Shown: one piece after another, positions 1 to 14,257 of the stretch
How the letters are laid out: every line of letters starts with the position of its first letter
Numbering within the stretch: the stretch's first letter is position 1
From: Eledone cirrhosa
Taxonomy: Eukaryota
Reading direction: 5' to 3'
Assembly (NCBI GenBank): GCA_964016885.1
Contig: OZ024741.1
Span: forward strand, 105,648,001 to 105,712,000
Length of the DNA: 64,000 nt
Made by a program: the position numbers and the translations under genes
The notes under the pieces: generated by a model
The model's database searches: none
The model's input: only the letters and a program-made list of their open reading frames with translations
Told to the model about the DNA's origin: nothing

Positions 1-142
1 TACAGTACACCTGAGATGGGGTGGAAGGTCTTCCAAACAATTTTTCCCTTTATCCAATTTCCCTGGCAGGACTTGGGTTGACCAGAGTTCATAGTAAAGA
101 CACATTTAACTGTAATAACAACAATTACTCACATATATTTCA

Positions 143-336
143 CAGACCTGTCAACTCTCCCCATCGGACAAGGATATCTCCCACCCACTTTGGGGTGGGT
201 GGGAGATATCTTCTCTCGTGAAAATGGGTTTAGCTTTCATTATGTAAAATCTCCCCTCTTTGCCTCATTTCTCCCTGTTTTGGGGCACTTTTTTTTATGG
301 TATTCTCGTTTGGGATTTTAGAAGTTGGCAGGTCTG
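143..336. mobile_element. hAT-type MITE (~194 bp) with internal perfect hairpin
   Basis: Terminal inverted repeats CAGACCTGTCAACT (143-156) / AGTTGGCAGGTCTG (323-336); degenerate 8-bp flanks ATATTTCA / ATTTTTCG (6/8), as expected for a hAT target-site duplication; internal 16-bp perfect inverted repeat 173-188/195-210. Confidence 0.65.
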
Positions 337-554
337 ATTTTTCGACATTTAGCTACATATCTTATATTGAAAGAAGACACTCCTGATACGATGATCCCCC
401 ATTCTAGTTCAGTAGATGAACATTATTATTTACTGGCAGGAGATCTAAGTAATAAACTTGTGACATTTTAAAAATGTTTCTTTGAAGGACAACCTCTAGA
501 ACATGTCTTAAATATCAGGAGAAATTTAGAAAATATTTTTGGATTATATGTATA

Positions 555-820
555 TTGCTTGGTTGTTGTTGTTATTGCTATTGTTACTATTGCTGTTGCT
601 ACTATTGCTGTTGTTACTGTAGGTGTGGCTGTTGTCACTGTGGTTGTTGTTGTTACTATGGTTGTTGCCACTGCTACTGTGGTTGTTGTTGTTATTGCTA
701 CTGTTACTATTGTTGTTGTTACTATTGCTGTTGTTGTTACTGTAGGTGTGGCTGTTGTCACTGTGGTTGTTGTTGTTACTATGGTTGTTGCCACTGTTAC
801 TATGGTTGCTGTTGTTCTTG
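555..820. repeat. Degenerate (GTT/ACT/GCT)n trinucleotide tract with internal ~120-bp duplication
   Basis: Visible triplet periodicity; the block GTAGGTGTGGCTGTTGTCACTGTGGTTGTTGTTGTTACTATGGTTGTTGCCACTG occurs twice. Overlapping poly-V/T/C ORFs are artefacts. Confidence 0.9.
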
Positions 821-979
821 CTGATAATGAGGAAGAAGTGAAATATGAGGAGGAAGAGGATATATTTAAATGTAATTATGTTAATTAAAGTAAAGCATGC
901 TAACTGTTGTTTACTTAACATAGAAGCTTCTCTTTTGCCTCCTCTCCTGCTGTCCCTCCTCCTCCTTCTCCCCCTCCTC

Positions 980-1240
980 TCCATCATCATTACTTTCACC
1001 ACCAACACCATCACAACCACCACTACCACCACCACCACTGCAGACACCACTACTACCACCATCACACCCACTGCTGCCACCACCACCACCACCACTGCTG
1101 CCACCACCACTACCACTACCACACCCAGTGCTGCCACCACCACCACTATATACACCACTGCTTCACCCCCCCACTACCACCAACACCACCACCATCACAT
1201 CCACTGCCACCACCACAACCACCACACCCACTGCCACCAC
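980..1240. repeat. (ACC)n-type degenerate microsatellite
   Basis: ACC/ACT/GCC triplets throughout. Confidence 0.9.
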
Positions 1241-1541
1241 TTCTTGGTTGTTCTGTTCATATTATCTTTACCCATGGCATATATTTGCATATATTTGCAT
1301 AAACATCAATACATGAGAATCTGTGATGGAGTGATAGTTGTTCTGATTTACAGAGCTAAAATATCAGAGGATACACCCTGCAGTGAAGAATATAGACATT
1401 ACCATATATGGTATAAGTCCTAGGGTTATATAATTTCTATTTATTTCTCATTCGATAATGTAGTTTAAGTTATGATATATCTTAAAACTCCAGATTAGAT
1501 AATTTAGTTTAAGTTATGATATATCTTAAAACTCCAAATTA

Positions 1542-1954
1542 TCTATATATCTAAAACAGAGAATGTCTGTCTGTCTGACCCCCTAAAACTCGAGAACCAC
1601 CCAACCGATTGTTTTCAAACTTTACACATGTAATACTTATGGTCCTGTGAGTGTTTTGAGCAAAAAATATTTCAATGCCTTAGGTGATTTAGCGATCTCT
1701 ATAATTCTTAGTCTCTATAATTCTTAGTCTTTCTTTTTAGATAGATACATAGACATAACGTTGCGCCCTTATAATATCTGTCTGTATGTCTGGCTGTCTG
1801 TATTACGACATTATGACGCGGTGTGTGTGTATATATATATAGTGTGTAACGTTTTTCGAAATATTTACTTCTGCGTTCACAGATTGATTTTTTTAGTTTC
1901 AGAAGATCCCTTTAAGGGTGAAAGCAGTGATTCTTTGCTTAAACATTCTGCTAG
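1542..1954 (+). mobile_element. Non-autonomous Helitron, internally deleted copy of the family at 37942-38778
   Basis: A|TCTATATATCTAAAACAGAGAATGTCTGTCTG 5' end; ...CATTCTGCTAG|T 3' end; colinear with the reverse complement of 37942-38778 but lacks the distal ~430 bp including the GC hairpin. Confidence 0.8.
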
Positions 1955-1969
1955 TGTAATATAATTTAA

Positions 1970-2189
1970 CCCATTAGCATTTAAACTGGCCATATCCAGC
2001 CAGAACTCTCTCCCCTCTTTCTGTCCAAATTGGGCATACCTGGTTGCTCATATCTATGTTAAGGTATTATTCTCAAAATAAATAATATCAAAATCTCATA
2101 GATTTGATATTATGTGAGATATTATATGAGGTAAAGCCTTTACCATGAAAATACAATAGTATATATAGAGTAATGTAAATGTTAAAGGA
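1970..2189. mobile_element. piggyBac-type MITE
   Basis: TTAA (1966-69) | CCCATTAGCATTTA ... TAAATGTTAAAGGA | TTAA (2190-93); second copy at 8491-8702. Confidence 0.75.
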
Positions 2190-2364
2190 TTAAGTTATGA
2201 TATATTTTAAAACTCCAGATTAGATAATATAGTTTAAGTGATGATGTATCTTAAATCTCCAGATAAGAAATATAGTTTAAGTTATGATGTTATAAATTGT
2301 ACATTAGTTGGAATGTGTACTGGATCAGTGTTGACCAGAGGCCTAAACAACAACAAAAATGACA

Positions 2365-2399
2365 GCTACTGCTACTACTACTACTACTACTACTACTAT

Positions 2400-2442
<43 letters not shown>

Positions 2443-2461
2443 ACTACTACTACTACTGCTG

Positions 2462-2501
<40 letters not shown>

Positions 2502-2515
2502 ATCAACACCAATAC

Positions 2516-2565
<50 letters not shown>

Positions 2566-2575
2566 ACATCAACAA
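2365..2575. repeat. Compound microsatellite (CTA)n(CTG)n(CAT)n
   Basis: Direct reading. Confidence 0.95.
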
Positions 2576-2930
2576 TATAAATAATATGTAAAAAGAATAA
2601 GAAAAGAGAGATCAAAAGTTGAAAAATGTCTTTATCTAGGCAAATGACATGTAAGATATATATTAGATATATTGGTTTATAAATTGATTTCTAAAAAATA
2701 AAGAACAAATCAATCATTGCATTTGTGTGATCAATAGATTTAAAATTTGAGGTTTTGGTGTTCAGAAGTCAGAAGTCAGAAATGGAATATTAAAAGTATT
2801 AAGTGGGAAAACTGTGCTAAAAATTTCTGTATATTTATATATGTGTGTGTGTGTGTGTGTCTAAATTGTGTAGTGTGTGTATGTGTATGTGTGTAGTATC
2901 AAGTGGGTAAACTGTGTAAAAATGTTTGTT

Positions 2931-2974
<44 letters not shown>

Positions 2975-3618
2975 GAATATCTTATACAAAATCACTGAAG
3001 AGTTGATCCCAGTAAAATACTCTATATATGTGTGTGTATGTATATGTGTAGTATGTGGTGTGTGTGTGTAGTGTATGTGCATGTGCGTGTATGTGCATGT
3101 GTGTGATTGTGTGTGAATATGTGTGTGTGTGTATGTGTGTGTGTAAATGTGTGAGAAAGAGCGAATGTATATATTATATTTAATTATGTCATATTCTCCC
3201 ATGTTAGTTGTAAACATCATATTGCTGTTGATATGTTATACATAAACATATACGCACAACAATTCATGTATGGGCCAGACACACACACACACACATACAT
3301 ATATATTTATACATTTAGTAATAGTAACTATGAAATGTCCAAAATGAGCATGTATATATATTTTTAAACACCCTCATATTTTAATATAAGTATGTTAATG
3401 TATATGTATAGATTTTATGTAGAAATAATTACTGAAATGTTTCTATTAATTATGTATTGATACATGATCTTGTGTCAGAATATGTGTTTTCATTTATTAC
3501 AAACATTTACTAACCTGCTAGATAACTTCATTAAATATTTGCATATTAATTGCATTTTTTCATTAATCATTTACCTTCTCTCTCTCTCTGTCATTCTCTC
3601 TGTCTCTCTCTCTCTCTC

Positions 3619-3675
<57 letters not shown>

Positions 3676-4169
3676 CTCTCTTTGATACACACACACATAC
3701 AGATATAATGGTACACACACACATGATGGCACAGACACACAAACACACCTATTTTGATATTTTGGCAATGGTCTGTTACATGGAAAAACCTTTAAGTTGA
3801 CTATAATAAATTCTGTTGGTTTGCTGTATTTGGTAATCTCCCTTTACTTATAGAATTTCTAGACTACTTTTTTCAACAAACAAAAATATTTTGCATTATT
3901 TTATTAAAAAACATTTCAATTAAAATATAGAATGTTTGTAGTAAAAGTCGTTTTAAAATTTTGAAATAACTGCAATTAGAGAAAGTGGGGAGCAAGCTGT
4001 AGACTCTACTCTGCCAGTAGGTATATCTGTCATGCATCATGGACAAGATGGTGAAAGCATTGCCATAGAGAAGAGCCAGCAACACCAGCTACATCAGCCA
4101 CTCCCCCACATAGAAGTCTTTCCTCAAGTGGGATGTACTCCTCAATTTTTGGGAGAAAAATGGTAGTTC

Positions 4170-5150
4170 AAGGACTGAGGATGATTTGACCAGAGGTCTA
4201 GACAGTGACTGGGGGCCAAGGACACCAGAAGTCTCAATGGTGACTGGCGACCAAGAACACTAGAGATCTCGATAGTGACCGAAAACCAAGGACACGAAAG
4301 GTCTTGATGGTGACTGGGGACCCAGAACATCAGATCTTTCAATGGTGACCATGGATCAAGGACACAAGAGGTCTCAATGGTGACCCAGGACGAAGGACAC
4401 CAAAAGTCTTGATGATGGTGACTTGGGACCAAGGACACCAGATTCTTGATTGTGACCCAGGACTCAGGACACCAGAGGTCTCAATAGTAACTGTGGACTG
4501 AGGATACCAGAGGTCTCAACAGTGGTTGTGGGCTGAGGACACCAGAAGTCTCAATGGCAACCATGGACTGAAGACACCAGAGCTCTTAACAGTGACCTTA
4601 GACTGAGGACACCAAAGGTCTCAACAGTGACTTTAGACTGAGGACACCAAAGGTCTCAACAGTGACTTTAGACTGAGGACACCAGAGGTCTCAACAGTTT
4701 CCTTAGACTGAGGACACCAGAGGTCTCAACAGTGACCTTAGATTTAAGACACCAGAGGTCTCAACAGTTTCCTTAGACTGAGGACACCAGAGGTCTCAAC
4801 AGTGACTTTAGACTGAGGACACCAGAGGTCTCAAGAATGACTGTGGACTAAGGACACCAAAGATCTCAACAGCAACTGTGGACTAAGGACACTTGGAGTC
4901 CTAACAGTGACCTTAGACTGAGGACACCAGAGGTCTTGACAGCAACCATGGACTGAGGACACAGAGGTCTCAACAGTGATCTTAGACTGAGGACACCTGC
5001 GATCTCAACAGTGACCTTAGACTGCAGACATCAGAGGTCTCAACAGTGACTGTCACCAGAGGTCTTGATGGTGACTGGGGGCCACAGACACAAGAGGTTT
5101 TAACAATGACCTGGGACCAAGAACAATGACACCAGAGGTCTTCATGGTAA
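4170..5150. repeat. 35-bp minisatellite, roughly 25-28 units
   Basis: Unit GACTGAGGACACCAGAGGTCTCAACAGTGACCTTA; most homogeneous 4570-5040, more diverged at both edges. Confidence 0.92.
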
Positions 5151-5587
5151 CCTGCACAGAAAAGAAATGGTCAGTGAAGTCCCAGTATTAGGATTGTCTC
5201 TATTGATGCAATCAGTAGAGACTGGTCAAGAGTAGAGGAAACAGAAGGGAGTTCTAACACTATGGCATCAAATTATGGAAAATGGAAGCTGCTAGTGAAT
5301 ATCAGATTATTATTATTATTCATATATATTTTAGCCATCTCATTGATTTCATAGAATTGGGGTTGTCAACACAGGATAAAGCTACTCAATGAATAAATCT
5401 CACCTTTCAAAAAGTTGCCACAGAGTAAATATGATGATAAAGGTTTGAAACCCCTTTTGGTCGGGGAAGGGGGTTGATAAAATAAAGTACTAGTCTAAGA
5501 TTATAAATTGGTGGAATTGTTAGAGTGTCTGACAATATTTACAGAGTTTGTTCTGGCTCTTTGTGTTCTGAGTTATTTATATTTGAG

Positions 5588-5760
5588 AGGTCTGGAGAAA
5601 GGGACAGTGCCCATGGCCTTCACAGACCTACTGAGACCAAAGAGACTGATGTCTTGGAGAAGGGACAGTGCCCGTGGCCTTCACAGACCAACTGACTGAG
5701 ACCAAAGAGTCTGATGTCTTGGAGAAGGGACAGTGCCCATGATCTTCATAGACCCTCTAG
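5588..5760. repeat. ~60-bp tandem repeat x3
   Basis: GTCTTGGAGAAGGGACAGTGCCCATGGCCTTCACAGACC..TGAGACCAAAGAG.CTGAT repeated. Confidence 0.85.
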
Positions 5761-6200
5761 AGAGATTGATGTGGCTGATGTTCAGCTTAAACTATTACAA
5801 GTTGAATGCTGTGGTGGAAAGAAATAAGCAGGGAGAAGGGAGTTCCAAAGAGCCAATGTTCTGGGTAAAAAAGATTGGACACAGTGCTTAGGGTGGGGGC
5901 CTGGAGAGGGTTCAACACAACATGAGTGATGCAGTTAGAGTGAGGTTTAACACAACATGAGTGATGTGGTTAGAGTGAGGTTTAACACAACATGAGTGAT
6001 GTGGTTAGAGTGAGGTTTAACACAACATGAGTGATGTGGTTAGAGTGAGGTTGAATATAACATGAGTGATGAGAGGAGGAAATACAAGTGAGTCAAGGGT
6101 GCTTGAGTGGAGGTGGCATGAGAGGGGCCAGTTCTAAGGAGCAGAGGACATTGTAGTAGAGGTAGAAGAGGAGACAGGTGAAAATAAGTACTCCATAAAA
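5760..6200 (-). mobile_element. Decayed CR1/Jockey-group LINE 3' fragment containing a 35-bp tandem amplification
   Basis: Minus strand reads SFLPRTLALWNSL..P..FNL..FKLNI, the typical C-terminal SFFPRT.xLWNSLP motif of CR1/Jockey ORF2; 5910-6070 is 4-5 copies of TTAACACAACATGAGTGATGTGGTTAGAGTGAGGT. Confidence 0.6.
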
Positions 6201-7189
6201 TGGTTATGATAGTCTAAATATATAATTTAGTGTTAGCTAGTCTACAATCTATTTGTTTCTTTAACAGTTCTACCATTACGAATAACAAAAATAGATTGTC
6301 ACACACACATACACACAGGCACACACACACACATACACACACACACACACACATATATACACACAGACACACATGTATACACACAGACACACATGTATAC
6401 ACACAGACACACACATACACAAACACACACATATACATACGTAGATAAATACATAAATTCATATGTATGCATGTATGATTGTGTGAAGATGATAATGATG
6501 ATATGTGTTTGTGTGTGCCTATATATATACATATATATATATATAAACCTGTGTGCATGTGTGTTTGTGTATGTACACATACATTAATACACACGCATAC
6601 ATTTACAGTCTTATGCCAGTATGTATATAGACATATGTATGCATGTGAATATATATATAAATATTCTTACCTAATGACTTAAACCCACCCACCAAAAAAA
6701 TTTACAAATCCAATGTTAAATTTTCTAATCCTCTTGAGAGTATATGTAGTTCTAAGAATTTAGATAAATTGTGAGGTGAGTCAGAAACTAAGTGTGTATT
6801 ACATTAACTCAATTATAATTCACACAGATCAGTTATTATTGATTATATTGATTCTGTGCAGAAAGTTTTTTTTTATCAATCATTAGTATTCACAAAAGGT
6901 AGAGAAAGTATTAAATAGTTTTTGATTTTAAAAAAAAATGGAAGAATTTGGAGATGTTTTAAGATAAATGAATAAAGATTTGATAAATAGAATGCTGTGC
7001 CTTCTATTGTGGATGGTGTGTGTGTCTACTTGTGTTTGTGTTTGTGTGTGCATTTTTGTTTGTATGAATATAAATAAGTATAAACATTATATATATATAC
7101 AAAACTGTATATTTATTTATCAACTAGACCATATATATATGTATGTGTGTATATATTTATATATATATGTATATGCACACACACAGATG

Positions 7190-7231
<42 letters not shown>

Positions 7232-7239
7232 AACAAGTT

Positions 7240-7720
7240 TGTATATACATTCATTTATAGTATCAGTATCTATATAGTGCACTAGTTTTTATAGTACCAG
7301 TGTTTATATAGTATATTAATGTTTATAGTACTAGTATCTATATCAGGCATGAGCAACCTGCAGTTTACCCATGATTAGTCTATAGGGGTAAAAAACTCCA
7401 GCTCTCCTGAGAGTTTCTTACCACTATGGTAAACCAATCATGGGCAAACTGCAGCTCACCAGCACAAAAGGTTGCCCATGTCTGATATAGACAGTAGTAC
7501 TATAAACATTAATATACTATATATATTAATGTCTGTCCATGATTGGTCTATATAATGTACTAATGTTTATAGCACTACTGTCTATGTAGTATACTAGTGT
7601 TTATAGTACTACTGTCTATATAGTGTACTAATGTTTATAGTACCAGTATCTATATCACATACTAATATTTATAGTACTAGTGACTATATAGTGTACTAAT
7701 GTTTATATATTTCACAGTAT
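7240..7720. repeat. ~35-bp AT-rich quasi-palindromic tandem repeat
   Basis: Units like ATAGTACTAGTGTCTATATAGTGTACTAATGTTT flank the MITE on both sides. Confidence 0.75.
7344..7484. mobile_element. hAT (Charlie-like) MITE remnant inside a larger foldback
   Basis: Ends CAGGCATGAGCAACCT / AGGTTGCCCATGTCTG; related element at 14112-14257. Confidence 0.65.
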
Positions 7721-8490
7721 ACTACTAAAAGTGCCATATAGTCATGTTTTATCACTATACATACAAACACACATTTTCTCATATGTACACTAACATATAT
7801 ACACTTCCATACATACACTAACAGACATGCACTAACATACACACATTAACATAGATACACTAACATACATGCACTAACATACATATCTATATACACACTA
7901 ACATATATACATTAACATATATAAACTATATATTTATATCTTTAACAGTATGCATACACTCAAATATACATAAATACATACACATTTATATATATTTATA
8001 TACACACTCATACACATACACCCACATACCTACCTACCTACATATATACCTACATACACACTTACATACATACATGTGTGTGTGTCTGCATTTGAATGTG
8101 TGTATGTCTGCATGTGAATGTGCATGTCTGTATGTGTCTATGCCCGTGTGGCTGTGTGTGTGTTTCTACACGATTTTCTTAAGTTAGAGAGGTAAAAATT
8201 GGTAATTGGTAATTTTTGGTAATTTGGTGATTGAAATACTGGTTAGGATCTTGTAAAAAGCAGATAGGAAGCCCATGTATTATTTCATAGCTGTGATCTT
8301 CGACTTGCTCATATTAAACAAGTACCAGCCTTCACGTTTTATAATATTGCTCAATCCGTAGTTTTGGGAGTATCGCAGGACGAGTGAATCCGATCCTTTT
8401 GCTATCCACTGCACTCTGCCAAAATTTCCCTTGATGGCCAGCTGGAAAAGAAATATAAATGACGGTAAGAAAAATAATAAAGTATGTTAA

Positions 8491-8702
8491 CCCTTTAGCA
8501 TTTAAACCAGCCATATCTGGCCAGATTTCTCTCACCACTTTCTGTTCAAACCAGCCATAACCAGCTGTTCATACTTATGTTAAGGTATTGTTCTCAAAAT
8601 AAATAATATTAAAATCTTATAGATTCGATATTATGTGAGATAATCATGTGAAATAAAGTATTTACTGTGAAAATACAATAGTATATATAGAGTAATAAAG
8701 GG
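8491..8702. mobile_element. piggyBac-type MITE (second copy)
   Basis: TTAA|CCCTTTAGCATTTAAACCAGCCATATC ... TAAAGGG|ATAA; colinear with 1970-2189. Confidence 0.7.
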
Positions 8703-8734
8703 ATAAATTGTGAGATTTTCATGGGAATAACAGC

Positions 8735-9450
8735 TACCATACCACCTCCACTACTACCCCCATCACCACTAATACTACTACCACCACTACTGCCATGACA
8801 ACGACCACCACGACCACTACTACCACTACCACCACTACTACTACAACTGCCTCTACTACCACTACCACCACTACTACTACCACGACCACTACTACCACAA
8901 CCACCCATACCACTGCCACCACCAATGTCATACCACTGTCACCACCACTATCACCATCACCACCATCACCATTGCCACCATACCACCATAACCACCACAA
9001 CCATTACCACAGCACCACCATCATCACCACCAAGACCACTACTATACCCCCACCACCATAATTGCCCCTGTACCACAAGTACCACCCCAACCACCATCGC
9101 CACCACCATCATACCACCACCATCACCACCACCACACCAACACCACCATCACCACCATCACCACAACCACCACAACCAACAACACCACCATATCACTACC
9201 ATACAACCATCACCACCACCACCATCACCACCACCACCATACCACCATCACCACCACCATCACCACCACCACCATACCACCAGCACCACAACCACCACAA
9301 CCAAGAACACCACCATATCACCACCATACCACCACCACCACCACCACCACCACCACCATCACCACCACCATCACCACCACCATCACCTCCACCATCACCA
9401 CCACCACCACCACCACCACCACCACCACCACCACCATTATACCACCACTC
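8735..9450. repeat. (ACC/ATC)n microsatellite field
   Basis: Direct reading; poly-H/P/T ORFs are artefacts. Confidence 0.95.
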
Positions 9451-9629
9451 TATTGTCTTCCAGTCACTAAGTCATCTGGTAGACAACCTGTTTTATTTTT
9501 ATTTCCAACAATTTTGATGCATTGATTTATTGATCTCTGCTATATTCCATATAAAATCTGCTACAGATTGATTTCTACGAGTCGGACCACACCAAGTCCC
9601 TCCCACACTATACTCCCTTCTACTATGTA

Positions 9630-10275
9630 AATACTCTCACACACATACTAACACACACAAGCACTCACAAATACTCACACACACAAACAGACACACACAC
9701 TAACACACACAAGCACTCACAAGCACTCACACACACAAACAGACACACACAAGCACTCACAAACACTCACACACACAAACAGACACACACACTAACACAC
9801 ACAAGCACTCACAAACACTCACACACACAAACAGACACACACACTAACACACACAAGCACTCACAAGCACTCACACACACAAACAGACACACACAAGCAC
9901 TCACAAGCACTCACACACACAAACAGACACACACACTAACACACACAAGCACTCACAAACACTCACACACACAAACAGACACACACACTAACACACACAA
10001 GCACTCACAAGCACTCACACACACAAACAGACACACACAAGCACTCACAAGCACTCACACACACAAACAGACACACACAAGCACTCACAAACACTCACAC
10101 ACACAAACAGACACACACAAGCACTCACAAACACTCACACACACAAACAGACACACACACTAACTCACACAAGCACTCACAAACACTCACACACGCAGAC
10201 ACAGACACACACACTAACTCACACAAGCACTCACAAACACACAAAGACTCACACACATACACACACAAGCACTCA

Positions 10276-10365
<90 letters not shown>

Positions 10366-10710
10366 CTCACACTAGTACTCACAAACACACAAAGTCTCAC
10401 ACACACAGACACAGACACAGGCACTCACAATCACACAAACACTCACATACACACTAATACACACAAGCACTCACAAACACACAAACACAGACACAGATAC
10501 ACACAAGCACTCACAAACACACAAACACAGACACAGATACACACACTAACACACACAAGCACTCACAAACACACAAAGAGTCATACACAGACACAGAGAC
10601 ACAGACACATACATTAACACACATAAGCACTCACAAACACACAAACACTCACACACAGAGATACATACACACACACATGCACATGCACTCACATACAAAC
10701 ACACATACAC
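9630..10710. repeat. CA-derived compound minisatellite plus (CA)n
   Basis: Modules AAGCACTCAC, AAACACTCACACACAC, AAACAGACACACAC, ACTAAC in higher-order combinations; pure (CA)n ~10280-10360. Confidence 0.95.
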
Positions 10711-11126
10711 ATGGACGCACATACTGGCAGACAGACATGTACGTATGTATATATATCAGGACATGCGTGTATCCAGTTTAAACTGGGTACACCAGAACCC
10801 CATGGGTTGTAAGAAGTCACTAAAAGGGTTGTTGTCAGGAAGGGCATCAGACTGTAAACCATTGCTTCAAAAAGTATATATATATATAGAGAGAGAGAGA
10901 GAAAGATAGAGAGAGAGAGCAGGAGGGAGGGGGAAGAGAAGACCGAGGGTGAGAAGGAGAAGAGTCAAAGAGAGATGAGGAGAGAGAGAAAGAGAAAGAG
11001 AGACAGAGGTAATAGCTAATATTTGTCAAGGGAAGTAATCCTTCTTGTTAGAAAGGTACAGTTCTTTATCAGTCTGCTAATGATTCTATTTAAATAAAAT
11101 ACATTAATTTGGTTTGTTTGAGAGAG

Positions 11127-13830
11127 CAGCCTATACCACCACACCACCACTACCATACTACAGCCTATACCACCACACCACCACTACCATACTACAGCCT
11201 ATACCACCACACCACCACTACCATACTAAAGCCTATACCACCGCCACTACCATATTACAGCCTATACCACCACACCACCACTACCATACTACAGCCTATA
11301 CCACCACACCACCACTACCATACTACAGCCTATGCCACCACACCACCACTACCATACTACAGCCTATACCACCACACCACCACTACCATACTACAGCCTA
11401 TACCACCACACCACCACTACCATACTAAAACCTATACCACCGCCACTACCATATTACAGACTATATCACCACTACCACTACCATACTACAGCCTATACCA
11501 CTACCATTACTATACTACAGCCTATACTACCACCACTACCATACTTCAACCTATACCACGACCACTACCATACTACAGCCTATACCACTGCCATTACTAT
11601 ACTACAGCCTATACCATCTCCACTACCATATTAGACTATACCACCATTACCATACTACAGCCTATACCACCACTACTACCATACTGCAGGCTTTACAACC
11701 ACCACTACCATACTACAGCCTATACCACCACTACCACTACCATACTACAGCCTATACCACTACCAAAACTATACTACAGCCTATACCACCTCCACGACCA
11801 TATTACAGACTATACCACCACTACCACTACCATACTACAGCCTATACCACTACCATATTATAGGCTTTACCACCACCACTACCATACCACCACTACTATA
11901 CTACAGCCTATACCACCACCACTACCATACTACAGCCTATACCACCACCACCACCACCACTACCATATTACAGACTATACCACCACCAATACCATACTGC
12001 AGCCTATACCACCACCACTACAATACTACAGCCTATACCACCACCACTACCATACTTCAACCTATACCACGACCACTACCATACTACAGCCTATACCACT
12101 ACCATTACTATACTACAGCCTATACCACCTCCACTACCATATTACAGACTATATCACCACTACCACTACCATACTACAGTCTATACCACTACCATTACTT
12201 TACTACAGCCTATACCACCTCCACTACCATATTAGACTATACCACCACTACCACTACCATACTACAGCCTATACCACCACTACTACCATACTACAGGCTT
12301 TACCACCACCACTACCATACACAGCCTATACCACCACTACCTCTACCATACTACAGCCTATACCACTACCATACTATAGGCTTTACCACCACCACTACCA
12401 TACCACCACTACTATACTACAGCCTATACCACCACCACTACCATACTACAGCCTACACCACCACCACCACCACTACCATATTACAGACTATACCACCACC
12501 AATACCATACTACAGCCTATACCACCACCAGTACTACCATACTATAGGCTATTCCACCACCACCAGTGTATACTACCACCACTACCATACTACAGCCTAT
12601 ACCACCACCACTACCATACTACAGCCTATATCACCACCATTACCATACTACAGCCTATGCCACCACCACCACTACTATACTAGAACATATACAACCACCA
12701 CCACCTACACTACCATACTACAACCTATACCACTACCACACCACCACCACCACTACCATACTACAGCCGATACCACCACCACTACCATACTACAATCTAT
12801 ACCACTACCATACTACAACCTATACAACCACTACCATACTACAGCCTATACGACCACCACTACCATTACCATACTACAGCCTATACTACCACACCACTAC
12901 CATGCTACAGCCTATACCACCACCACTACCATACTAGAGCCTATACCACCACTACAACCATTACCATACTACAGCATATTCCACCACCACTACCATACTA
13001 CAGTCTATACCACCACTACCATACTACAGCCTATACCACCATTACCATACTACAGTCTATACCACCACTACCATACTACAGCCTATACCACCATTACCTT
13101 GTTACAAGCTATACCACCACCAGTACTACCATACTATAGGCTATTCCACCACCACCAGTGTATACTACCACCACTACCATACTACAGCCTATACTACCAC
13201 TACCATACTACAGTCTATACCACGAACACCACTACCATACTACAGCCTTTACCACCATCACCACCACTACAATACTACAGCCAATACCACAACCACTACT
13301 ACCATACTACAGACTTTACTAACACTACCATACCACACCACCACCACTACCATATTACGGTCTATACCACAACCACTACCATACTAAAACGTATACCATA
13401 CCACCACTACCAAACTACAGTCTATACTACCATACCATACATCAGCCTATATCACCACCACCAAAACTACCATACCACATCCTATACCATCACCACCACT
13501 ACCACACTACAGCCTATACAACCACCTACACTACCAAACTACAGCCTATACCGCCCCTACCATACTAAAGCCTATACCACCACTACCATACCACATCCTA
13601 TGCCACCACCACCACTACCATACTACAGCCTATACCACCACCGCCACTACCATACTACAGCTTATACCACCACTATTACTACTAATATACTATTGCCTAT
13701 ACCACCACCGCCACTACCATACTACAGCTTATACCACCACTATCACCACTAATATACTATTGCCTATACCACCACTACCACCTACACTACCATACAACAG
13801 CCTATACCATCACCACTACCACACTACAGT
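11127..13830. repeat. ~2.7-kb minisatellite built on CCATACTACAGCCTATA(CCA)n
   Basis: ~26-35-bp units with a variable CCA run; generates the 524-aa pseudo-ORF 11109-12683. Confidence 0.95.
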
Positions 13831-14111
13831 CCCCACATTACAACTATCCCCTCCCTTTTATCTACACCTCAATCACCCCCATACTGCACACTATACCTCA
13901 ATCACCTGCCCTACCACTACATCACAACTTTGACCACCACCACCTACTCTGCATACACCACCTCATACACTGTCATACTACAGCTTATACCCCCAATCAC
14001 TACTACCACAACTGTTACCTTCACCACCGCCACCTACACTTCCACCACTTTAAACCACTTAAGTTCTAATGAATAACCAAGAAGCTGTGAAACATGTAAA
14101 ACCACTGACTA

Positions 14112-14257
14112 TAGTCATGGGCAAACTGTGGCCTGTTTGGCTTTCTGAATGGCACATTTAATTTCAGGATTGCCTTAAGTTCTTTAGTGGTACCGCCAAC
14201 CTTATGATGAGCCACATTCTATGTGGCTCATTACTTCAAAAAGGTTGCCCCAGCCTG
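14112..14257. mobile_element. hAT (Charlie-like) MITE remnant
   Basis: ..GTCATGGGCAAACTGTGGCC ... CAAAAAGGTTGCCCCAGCCTG termini similar to 7344-7484. Confidence 0.55.

Larger units (their letters stand above)
1461..2290. repeat. ~43-bp AT-rich tandem repeat split by two nested insertions
   Basis: Unit TAGTTTAAGTTATGATATATCTTAAAACTCCAGATTAGATAAT appears at 1461-1540 and resumes at 2190-2290, either side of the Helitron and piggyBac MITE. Confidence 0.75.

Noticed and set aside
4170-5150. Possible CRISPR array (35-bp repeats)
   Set aside because: Units are contiguous with no unique spacers; eukaryotic context, no cas genes.
11109-13752. 524-aa and neighbouring Pro/Tyr/His/Thr-rich ORFs (extensin-like)
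   Set aside because: Produced by a minisatellite with non-triplet unit lengths cycling through all frames; no start context or splice signals.
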